From the NCBI GenBank assembly GCA_964435515.1, contig CAYSZD010000004.1:11955-75954 (forward strand): 64,000 nucleotides of DNA, read 5' to 3'. The stretch is from an uncultured Gammaproteobacteria bacterium. Lineage in GTDB: Bacteria; Patescibacteriota; Patescibacteriia; Patescibacteriales; UBA12465. The notes under the pieces were generated by a model. That model did not search any database. It was not told the DNA's origin and saw only the letters and a list, made by a program, of their open reading frames with translations. Shown here piece by piece: positions 15,689-23,153 of this stretch (positions are counted from its first letter, which is position 1; the number at the start of each line of letters is the position of its first letter). The position numbers were made by a program, and so were the translations under genes.

Positions 15689-15925
15689 ATGAATAAGATT
15701 GAAAAAGCTTTGAAAAAATTATCAGCTTCAGAGCGCCAAGTTTTTAAAAAAATGTTAATCTCTATTCAGTCTGGTAAATTGTCTAATTTAGATATTAAGA
15801 AGTTAAAAGGCAGAACAGATATTTATCGTGTAAGAAAGGGAAGAATGAGAATAATTTTTCAAAAAATAGCTGATGATGATTATAGAATTTTAACTTTAGA
15901 AAGAAAATCAGAGAATACATATTAG
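15689..15925 (+). CDS. type II toxin, RelE/ParE superfamily (short form)
   Basis: KKLKGRTDIYRVRKGRMRIIFQKIADDDYRILTLERKSENTY matches the LKG..g.yR.RvGdyRiif core of RelE/ParE toxins. Confidence 0.6.
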   Translation: MNKIEKALKKLSASERQVFKKMLISIQSGKLSNLDIKKLKGRTDIYRVRKGRMRIIFQKIADDDYRILTLERKSENTY

Positions 15926-16001
15926 TGATACTATTTAAATATAATTAACTTTAAAACGCTTAAATAGCGTTTTTTACTTATCCACAGGGTTAGCCCTTGT
16001 C

Positions 16002-16041
16002 TTTCGGTTTAGTTTCGGTTATAATAATATTGTTAGCTAAC
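16002..16041 (+). promoter_or_regulatory. lexA promoter region with candidate operators
   Basis: Direct repeat TTTCGGTT at 16002-16009 and 16013-16020 (11-bp period) abuts TATAAT (16020-16025). A perfect palindrome, GTTAGCTAAC, lies at 16032-16041. Confidence 0.4.
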
Positions 16042-16064
16042 TAAGCTTAAAATAATTAATAAAT

Positions 16065-16676
16065 ATGGCTATTTTAACTAAAAAACAAAAAGAAGTATTT
16101 GATTATATCTCTAGCTATGAAAAAGATTATGGCTACGCCCCCTCCTTAAATGAAATCAAAGAAGCTATGGGAGCTTCAGCCGTCTCTACTATTCATGAAC
16201 ATGTAAGTAATTTAATTAAGAAAGGCTTTATTAAAAGAGCCAAGGGCTCAGCTAGAAGCTTAGAGCTCTTAAAGCTCAAGTTAGCTGAAACAATGTCAGT
16301 GCCATTACTTGGTTCTATTGCTTGCGGTGAGCCTCTTGAAGCTATTGAGGAGAGTGATGAGGCAGTGTCTATAGTAGACGACAAACGCTTTAATATTTCT
16401 GATTTATATGCTTTAAGGGCTAAGGGAGACTCAATGTTGGGAGATGGTATTTTTAATGGTGATTATTTGATTGTAAGAAAGCAATCCTATGCTAATAATG
16501 GCGATACTGTTGTTGCTATTATCGATGACAATGAGGCAACTTTAAAAAGATTTTATAAGGAACAAGGAAGAATTCGTTTGCAACCTGCTAATGAAAATTA
16601 TGAACCTATTTATCGCAAAGAAGTAGAGATAAGAGGGGTGGTGGTAAGGGTTATTCGTGATTTAGTAGCTGTTTAA
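16065..16676 (+). CDS. lexA: LexA repressor (S24 peptidase)
   Basis: N-terminal winged HTH (LTKKQKEVFDYI...APSLNEIKEAMG.SAVSTIHEHVSNLIKKGFI), an AG-type cleavage region, and an S24 domain with GDSM...K. Confidence 0.9.
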   Translation: MAILTKKQKEVFDYISSYEKDYGYAPSLNEIKEAMGASAVSTIHEHVSNLIKKGFIKRAKGSARSLELLKLKLAETMSVPLLGSIACGEPLEAIEESDEAVSIVDDKRFNISDLYALRAKGDSMLGDGIFNGDYLIVRKQSYANNGDTVVAIIDDNEATLKRFYKEQGRIRLQPANENYEPIYRKEVEIRGVVVRVIRDLVAV

Positions 16677-16710
16677 TTTATTAAATTTATTTATAATTAA
16701 TTTTAAATAT

Positions 16711-16848
16711 ATGATTAATTCAATCTTTTCCTCAAACAAAAAACTGGTTCATATTATTGTTAAAGAATCACCAAAAGAACAGAGAATATGGCGCGCTAAG
16801 TATAATAAGTTTATGAAATCTAGGCAGTCTCTTGTTTGGGTTAGATAG
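16711..16848 (+). CDS. candidate 45-aa basic peptide co-transcribed with lexA
   Basis: ATG 16711 to TAG 16846-16848. Translation: MINSIFSSNKKLVHIIVKESPKEQRIWRAKYNKFMKSRQSLVWVR. It lies between the lexA stop and the first terminator (16871-16894). Confidence 0.3.
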   Translation: MINSIFSSNKKLVHIIVKESPKEQRIWRAKYNKFMKSRQSLVWVR

Positions 16849-16870
16849 ATTAAATAAAGGAAATAATTCA

Positions 16871-16894
16871 AAAACTGCTAAAAGCAGTTTTTTG
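16871..16894 (+). terminator. rho-independent terminator of the lexA unit
   Basis: AAAACTGC / GCAGTTTT stem followed by a T-run. Confidence 0.8.
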
Positions 16895-16970
16895 CTTGAC
16901 ATTACAAGTAGAAGTGTTAATTTATAATAAGTTCTTTGAAAAAAACAATAATTAAAATAGGAGGTTGATT

Positions 16971-19112
16971 ATGAGTATTAGTATGGAGATGATAACCTTG
17001 ATTATGCTGGTTACGGGCGGTTTATCCGCCTTGGCTTACATGATAGGCCAACAGCATTGGCTCCGACGGCAAGTTGTTAGGGAAAAGCCAATTCAACTAA
17101 TTGCCGATGAGATAAAAAAGGGCGTTTATAGTTTTATTAAAAGGCAGTATTCAGTTGCCTTTGAAATTATTGGCGTGTTTTTTATCCTTTTAGTGTGGAT
17201 GGCGTATAATGACTTTATTACTTGGTATACCCCATTCGCGGTGTTAAGTGGTGCTGGTTTTTCCGCATTGGCAGCTTATTTGGGTTTGTTAGCAGCTGTT
17301 AAAGCAAATGCAGCAACAGCCCATGCTACTAAAAAAGGCTTGGCCGAATCTGTGAAAACAGCTATTAACGGAGGAGCAATAATGGGCTTTTCTGTTTGTA
17401 GCTTTGGTATGTTAGATTTAGCTTTTTGGTATAGCTTGATCTATTTTCAAAATCCTAATATTTCTGTTTATGAATTTAATGAAATATTAGTGTCTACAAT
17501 CATCACTTTTGCTTTCGGCGCCAGCTTTATGGCTTATATGGCTAGAGTGGCTGGTGGTATTTTTACCAAATCAGCTGACTCAGCTGCTGATAGCGTTGGC
17601 AAAGGAGAATATGGTTGGGAAGAAGATGATCCTAGAAATCCGGCTACCATTGCTGATAATGTTGGCGATAATGTTAATGACATTCAGGCAATGGGGCAAG
17701 ATTTAAATGAGTCCTATGTAGCTGGTAATGCAGCCGCCATGGAAGCCGGTTTCTATTCTTTCAATACTCAGTCTGCTGTTTTTGGCGTATCTTTGGGTGT
17801 GAGTATTTTGGTTGGCTTGCCCTTGGCCGTATCGGTGATTGGTATTTTTGCGTCAATTATTGGTTTAACAGTATTGAAGGCAAAGAGCAATGATCTAAAA
17901 TCGCTCTTAAATGCTTTTAGAGCTGGTGTGTATTTAACATCTGTTTTAATTGCTATTGTCAGCGCTCCACTGGTATATTACTTATTCGGTGACTTGAATC
18001 GGTGGTATACAATCGTTATTGGACTGATTACTGGTAACGTATTGGCCAGTATATCTGAATATTACACTTCTACTGCATATAGCCCTGTTCGTCGTTTAGC
18101 TAATAAAGCTGAAGGTGGACATGCTAGCGTGGTAGTTGCTGGTGAATCATTGGGCAGGGAAAGTGTATTGTTTACAACTTTGGCTCTGTGCCTAGGTATG
18201 TTGGCAGCTTTCTATGTGTCTGGTGGTGGTAATTTTGCAGAGGGTATTTATGGGGTCAGCTTGGCAGCTGTTTCCATGCTTGCTACTTTACCCATTACTC
18301 TTACAATCGATGCTTTTGGGCCAATTGCTGACAATGCTCAAGGATTACTTGAGATGAGTCAAATTGATGGCGAAAGGCTGAAGATTGGTAATACCTTGGA
18401 TGCACTTGGTAATACTACCGCTGCTACTGGCAAGGGTTATGCCATTGGTTCAGCTGCTTTTGCAGCTATTGCTTTGTTAAATGCACTTTGGCACAGCATT
18501 GAAAGAAGTGTGATTCAGTTTAACTTACCAGCCATAGCATTAGGTTATGATAAGGTTATTTGGATTATGGCCGGTTTATTACTGGGCATTGCTGTACCGT
18601 GGATGTTTTCGTCCTATCTGTTAAAAGCTGTTGGTAATACTGCTTTTGTTTTAATCCAAGAGATTAAAAGGCAGGTAAAAGAACTTGGTATTTTGACTGG
18701 ACTTAATCCGCCTGACACTGAAAGATGCGTTAGCATTTCCTTAAAGGCAGCTCAAAGGTATAGTATCGTGCCAGCCTTATTGGTTATTTTAATTCCTTTC
18801 ATTGTAGCGGTAGTTGGCGGACCTTTAACACTCATCGCTTTTCTTACTGGTTCTTTATTTTCCGCTTTCACTCAAGCAGTTTATATGAATAATGCGGGTG
18901 GTGCTTGGGATAATGCGAAAAAACTGATTGAAGCTGGTTATTTGGGCGGCAAACATACTGATGCACATCGGGCTGCTATTACTGGTGACATGGTCGGCGA
19001 CCCCTACAAGGATACTGCTGGCCCAGCTCTTAACATTTTGATTAAGTTAATGGTGACCTTCTCCATTTTAATGGCTCCATTAACCATCTATTTGCATTCT
19101 GTATTGTTTTAA
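16971..19112 (+). CDS. hppA: membrane-bound H+/Na+-translocating pyrophosphatase
   Basis: ~16 TM helices. Diagnostic motifs are DNVGDNVND and GDMVGDPYKDTAGPALNILIKLM. SD AGGAGG is 6 nt before the ATG at 16971. Confidence 0.95.
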   Translation: MSISMEMITLIMLVTGGLSALAYMIGQQHWLRRQVVREKPIQLIADEIKKGVYSFIKRQYSVAFEIIGVFFILLVWMAYNDFITWYTPFAVLSGAGFSALAAYLGLLAAVKANAATAHATKKGLAESVKTAINGGAIMGFSVCSFGMLDLAFWYSLIYFQNPNISVYEFNEILVSTIITFAFGASFMAYMARVAGGIFTKSADSAADSVGKGEYGWEEDDPRNPATIADNVGDNVNDIQAMGQDLNESYVAGNAAAMEAGFYSFNTQSAVFGVSLGVSILVGLPLAVSVIGIFASIIGLTVLKAKSNDLKSLLNAFRAGVYLTSVLIAIVSAPLVYYLFGDLNRWYTIVIGLITGNVLASISEYYTSTAYSPVRRLANKAEGGHASVVVAGESLGRESVLFTTLALCLGMLAAFYVSGGGNFAEGIYGVSLAAVSMLATLPITLTIDAFGPIADNAQGLLEMSQIDGERLKIGNTLDALGNTTAATGKGYAIGSAAFAAIALLNALWHSIERSVIQFNLPAIALGYDKVIWIMAGLLLGIAVPWMFSSYLLKAVGNTAFVLIQEIKRQVKELGILTGLNPPDTERCVSISLKAAQRYSIVPALLVILIPFIVAVVGGPLTLIAFLTGSLFSAFTQAVYMNNAGGAWDNAKKLIEAGYLGGKHTDAHRAAITGDMVGDPYKDTAGPALNILIKLMVTFSILMAPLTIYLHSVLF

Positions 19113-19116
19113 TTGT

Positions 19117-19148
19117 GGCCGTCTCTAGTTATCTGAGACGGCTTTTTA
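19117..19148 (+). terminator. terminator copy 1 (GGCCGTCTCTAGTTATCTGAGACGGC + T-run)
   Basis: Perfect GCCGTCTC/GAGACGGC stem. A near-identical copy lies at 19647-19680. Confidence 0.85.
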
Positions 19149-19217
19149 TTTGACAAATGATGATTAAAGTATTAATTTTTAGTTAGTTCATTTAATATTA
19201 ATTTAATAAAAGCAGTC

Positions 19218-19640
19218 ATGGAAATAAACAGTGTTAAATACGTTTTGTTTGTCCTATATTTATGTGGAATGGGACTTTCTTTAATCTCTGGAATTGAACT
19301 GAGACTTAGGGCTAATCAAGAGTTTGGTAAGAAATTCCTGTTTATTTATAGCCCGATTGTTTTAATCATATCATTATTATTTGCCGCTGACTTATGGGTA
19401 TTGGGGCTAATATTGATAATAATTCCAGTGTGTATCTGTGTTTATACTATTGCTGAAAATAGTATATTTAAGCATAATCTGGCATTCATATTTGTTAATG
19501 CTTTGGTTTCTCTCCTGGTGTGGTTTTTTAACATGTTTGCCACTGAAGTTATCATCATGAATTTCTTCATGCTTTTAATGTTTCTTTTTTATTATAACCA
19601 AATTCTTTGGTATGATAGAAGAAAAAAAAGAAATAGTTAA
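19218..19640 (+). CDS. 4-TM membrane protein, unknown function
   Basis: 140-aa very hydrophobic ORF bracketed by two copies of the same terminator. Confidence 0.6.
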   Translation: MEINSVKYVLFVLYLCGMGLSLISGIELRLRANQEFGKKFLFIYSPIVLIISLLFAADLWVLGLILIIIPVCICVYTIAENSIFKHNLAFIFVNALVSLLVWFFNMFATEVIIMNFFMLLMFLFYYNQILWYDRRKKRNS

Positions 19641-19646
19641 TGTTTT

Positions 19647-19680
19647 GCCGTCTCTAGTTTTTATCTGAGACGGCTTTTTA
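19647..19680 (+). terminator. terminator copy 2 (GCCGTCTCTAGTTTTTATCTGAGACGGC + T-run)
   Basis: Same stem and flanks as 19117-19148, with 3 extra T in the loop. Confidence 0.85.
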
Positions 19681-19756
19681 ATTTATATAAGAGAGTTGTT
19701 CTTTTATTGGCTATATTATATAATAATTTTAACTATTTTATTTAATATTTAATTTT

Positions 19757-21988
19757 ATGAGCGCTAAAACCTATCAACGTATTCTTCAATATGGATTATT
19801 TTTATCCTTAGGAGTTATATTTTTAGTATTTGGTAGTTTACTTTTTCCCTACATTTCTTCTAAGCAATTAACATTTAACATTTTAATGGAGCTAATGTTT
19901 CCATTTTGGTTATTATTAGTTTGGAAATATCCAGATTTTAGACCACTCCGTTCTCGTATCACTTATGGTTTAATTGTTTATTTAGCAGTGATTTTAATCT
20001 CTGCATTTACCGGTGTTGATTTTAATCTAAGTTTCTGGGGTGATACTGAAAGAATGTTGGGATTTTTTCATGTTTTACATTTTTTCCTTTTTTATCTTTA
20101 TCTTATTACTGCTTTCAGAGATAAAAAAGATTGGAATTGGTTTTTTATTTTATCTGTCTTATTAGCCACTATTCAAGCTATTATAGTAGTTGGGTTTAAT
20201 AAGATTGGGACAATTGGTAATACCGCTTATGTGAGTGGTTATTTTATTTTTAATATCTACTTTGCTCTGATTTTGGTTTTTAAATATAATTGGCGTATTC
20301 ATTGGCCTTTATATCCAACTATAGTGCTAATGTTGGTTGCCTTTTTAAAAGCTAATACCTCTGGAGCCATTATTGGCTTATCTGCTAGTTTAATGTTGCT
20401 GTTATTGTTATTAGGTATATTTGCAGCTAAAAAACAAGTACGTCGCCTATCTTTAAGTATTCTAATAGTTGCTTTAGCTGGTATTATATTATTATTTTCT
20501 CAATATAATCAGCCTTGGTTTAAAGAAAATCAGGCTCTACGTAATCTAAGTTTTCATAAAGCTACTTTTCAAACTAGAAGATTATCTTGGGAGGGGGCAG
20601 CTAAAGACTTTCACCTACATCCTTGGCTGGGAACTGGTTTTGGTAATTATGCTATTATTTTTGATCGTCAATTTGATCCAGATTTCTTTAATTATGCTAC
20701 TAGTGAAACCTATTTTGACCGGGCGCATAATAATATAATTGATATTATTTCCACTACTGGAATTTTAGGTCTTTTAGCCTATTTAAGTATTTTTATTTTT
20801 TTAATTATAGAGTGGTTACAGGCTTTAAAACGAGAAGCTTGGCGAATAAGACCAGGTAGAGAAGGGGCGCGAGTACGTGAGTTAATGTTAATAGCAGTTT
20901 TAATTTTTGCTTACTTTGTTCAAAATTTAGCAGTCTTTGATTCTTTGGCTACATATATGGGTTTGATGGCGATTTTGGCTTATTTTATTTTTTTTAGAAA
21001 TTATAATCCAGAATTTGAACCAGGAGAAAGAGATGAGCGTTTAAGTGCGGGCAAAGAGTTGGGGATTTTAGTTACAACGATTGTTTTGGTGTTGATAATT
21101 GTTTCTAGTTTTAATATTAGACCCTATAAAATGATGACTAAAACTATAAAGGCCTATCAACTTTTATCTAGTACAGAAATGGATGATGCTTTTGAAAGTT
21201 TTCATCAAGCCTTTATTCCTTCTACCGTTCTAGACAGAGATAGTCGTAGTATTTTAATTAATTTTGTAATTAACAATCCCACGTTGATGATAAGAGGATT
21301 GTCGGCTGGTAAAATGGAGACAGCCTTAGATTATGCTATGTCTTTAGTGGATAGAAATTTAGAATATAATCCAGCTGACAGCCTAACATTAATGCAAGCA
21401 GCTCAGTTGTATGATATTAGCTCAAGATACTATTATCAGGATTCAGATAAGTTTAAAGAATATTCTGATAAAGCTATTTCATTTGCTCAAAAAGCAGTAG
21501 ACGCTAGTCCTCGTCGTATTCCCGCTTTTTTTGTTCTTGGTCAAATTCAAGCGAATGCTGGTTATTTAGATGAAGCGGAAAATACTTTTTTAGCTGCTCA
21601 TGAACTTAATCCTAATTATGTTGAAACTAGTTGCCAGTTAGCTAACTACTATTATTTAGTGAAGGATAGTCGTTACTCAGATTATAGTGGTGTTTGTTTA
21701 AAGGATGCTAGTGTTAATTTAGTGCCTGATCTATTAACAGATATTATTAATAATACTAGTTTCGAGGATGATCCTGAGCTATTACTTTTAGCTCATCGAG
21801 CCCTTGCTACTAAAGGTATAGAGGAGCCATTGCTTTATATTAATTTAGCTAAGTTGGAATTATGGGCTGGTAATTTTGATGCAGCTATGAAGGCAGCCGA
21901 GGTGGCTGGTAATTTGGACGAAACTTTAAAGCCAGAAATTGAACAATTTTTAAAAGAGATCGAATCTGCTCAAATCGAAAAACAATAA
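19757..21988 (+). CDS. O-antigen ligase/polymerase-like (Wzy_C) membrane protein fused to C-terminal TPR repeats
   Basis: The ~12-TM N-terminal half has GTGFGNY...DRAHNNIIDIISTTGILGL (Wzy_C signature). The C-terminal ~300 aa is TPR-like (AGYLDEAENTFLAAHELNPNY...). Confidence 0.8.
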   Translation: MSAKTYQRILQYGLFLSLGVIFLVFGSLLFPYISSKQLTFNILMELMFPFWLLLVWKYPDFRPLRSRITYGLIVYLAVILISAFTGVDFNLSFWGDTERMLGFFHVLHFFLFYLYLITAFRDKKDWNWFFILSVLLATIQAIIVVGFNKIGTIGNTAYVSGYFIFNIYFALILVFKYNWRIHWPLYPTIVLMLVAFLKANTSGAIIGLSASLMLLLLLLGIFAAKKQVRRLSLSILIVALAGIILLFSQYNQPWFKENQALRNLSFHKATFQTRRLSWEGAAKDFHLHPWLGTGFGNYAIIFDRQFDPDFFNYATSETYFDRAHNNIIDIISTTGILGLLAYLSIFIFLIIEWLQALKREAWRIRPGREGARVRELMLIAVLIFAYFVQNLAVFDSLATYMGLMAILAYFIFFRNYNPEFEPGERDERLSAGKELGILVTTIVLVLIIVSSFNIRPYKMMTKTIKAYQLLSSTEMDDAFESFHQAFIPSTVLDRDSRSILINFVINNPTLMIRGLSAGKMETALDYAMSLVDRNLEYNPADSLTLMQAAQLYDISSRYYYQDSDKFKEYSDKAISFAQKAVDASPRRIPAFFVLGQIQANAGYLDEAENTFLAAHELNPNYVETSCQLANYYYLVKDSRYSDYSGVCLKDASVNLVPDLLTDIINNTSFEDDPELLLLAHRALATKGIEEPLLYINLAKLELWAGNFDAAMKAAEVAGNLDETLKPEIEQFLKEIESAQIEKQ

Positions 21989-22018
21989 TATTTTCTAGTA
22001 AAGTAGTTATTAGTATAA

Positions 22019-22043
22019 ACGCCCTTATCTAAGGGCGTTTTTG
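22019..22043 (+). terminator. rho-independent terminator
   Basis: ACGCCCTTA / TAAGGGCGT stem followed by TTTTT. Confidence 0.75.
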
Positions 22044-22137
22044 TTTATTATGGATTATTGTAATTTCATTATTAATTTCAAATCTCTTCACTGGCTATTT
22101 GTTAGAATATTTTCAGCTAGCTAAACAGGCCCAGTAT

Positions 22138-22178
22138 ACTTCTGTCTTTCGCTTACGCGCCAAGGGAAAGACAGAAGT
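22138..22178 (+). promoter_or_regulatory. perfect 13-bp stem-loop in the leader of the 22194 operon
   Basis: ACTTCTGTCTTTC (22138-22150) / GAAAGACAGAAGT (22166-22178) with a GC-rich 15-nt loop, GCTTACGCGCCAAGG. There is no T-run. It ends 15 nt before the ATG. Confidence 0.5.
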
Positions 22179-22193
22179 AGGGGCACGACGCAT

Positions 22194-23153
22194 ATGACAC
22201 TATTACTTAATTTAAAAAAGAAGAAAAAGAAATTTATTTGGCAAGATTTTTTTAGAAAAAGATATCCATATTTAATAGGGATAGTTGTTGTGTCGATGTT
22301 ATTTATTCTTTTAAGTCCCTATATTTTTCATGCTTGGGTTAATTATCCTGAGGAGTTAAGAGCGGAAATGGCTTGGCGTAAATTTACCAATTCTTTTGAT
22401 GGTAATTGTCGTGAAAGCTGTTTAGCTAGTCGTCAAAGTTATGCCAGTATTTGGCGCCCATTATATAAAAAACATCCAGATTGGCAAGAAGAAAAACTTC
22501 AATTAGTTTTTAATGGAGACAATAGCGAACTGCAATCGGCGATGATAAAAATTATGGCAGCTGATTATGGTTCAAATAATTTGCCTCCATATTTTGCTGA
22601 GCTGCTCATGAGCCCTCAAGTGTCAGAAGAAAATAAAAGGCTAATGGTAGTTTTCTTTCCAGGAGCTTTTCATAATGAATCATGGTTGAAAATTGTGAGG
22701 ATGAGGGTAAGTGCTAAAGATTTAAGTGATGCAGACAGGGCCTATGCTTTGAGCCTATTAGCCCCTTATCCTGACTTAGATAATATTAATCTAATTAAGA
22801 ATATTATTCTTGGTAGTGATAATAGAATAATTTTAGATGCGGCTTTTAAAGTATCATCAACTTGGTCAAAAGAAGTTTTAGCCTGGCAAGAAGCAGAGTT
22901 GGATAGGTTAAAAGAAAGCATCATGATAGCGAAGACTAAAGAGTTACGTTGGCGTCGAATTTGGCTACTTAGTGAAGTTAATAATGACGCACTTAAAAGG
23001 AAAGAGAGATTAGAAGCAATAGCTTCTTTTAGTGCTTTAGATAATATTAGTAGGGGTTTAGCCGCTGAAAGTTTACGCTTAGAATTTTCATTAAATATTA
23101 ATACACCTGAACCAAGTAGTTTGGAGTGGCAAGAATTATATGATTATTTATAA
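22194..23153 (+). CDS. membrane-anchored helical-repeat protein, unknown function
   Basis: Lys-rich N-terminus, one TM helix (YLIGIVVVSMLFILLSPYIF), then ~260 aa of alpha-helical, HEAT-like sequence. It overlaps the next gene by 14 nt. Confidence 0.6.
   Translation: MTLLLNLKKKKKKFIWQDFFRKRYPYLIGIVVVSMLFILLSPYIFHAWVNYPEELRAEMAWRKFTNSFDGNCRESCLASRQSYASIWRPLYKKHPDWQEEKLQLVFNGDNSELQSAMIKIMAADYGSNNLPPYFAELLMSPQVSEENKRLMVVFFPGAFHNESWLKIVRMRVSAKDLSDADRAYALSLLAPYPDLDNINLIKNIILGSDNRIILDAAFKVSSTWSKEVLAWQEAELDRLKESIMIAKTKELRWRRIWLLSEVNNDALKRKERLEAIASFSALDNISRGLAAESLRLEFSLNINTPEPSSLEWQELYDYL

Noticed and set aside
15978-15986. Perfect DnaA-box 9-mer TTATCCACA upstream of lexA, with parAB 20 kb away. Considered as a possible oriC.
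   Set aside because: It is a single isolated box, with no cluster, no adjacent AT-rich unwinding repeats and no dnaA or dnaN nearby. A lone 9-mer is compatible with chance in 128 kb of two-strand sequence.
16193-17706. ORF 16193-16384 (minus strand, inside lexA) and ORF 17509-17706 (+ strand, alternative frame inside hppA).
   Set aside because: Both lie entirely within genes whose products have unambiguous conserved motifs in another frame or on the other strand.
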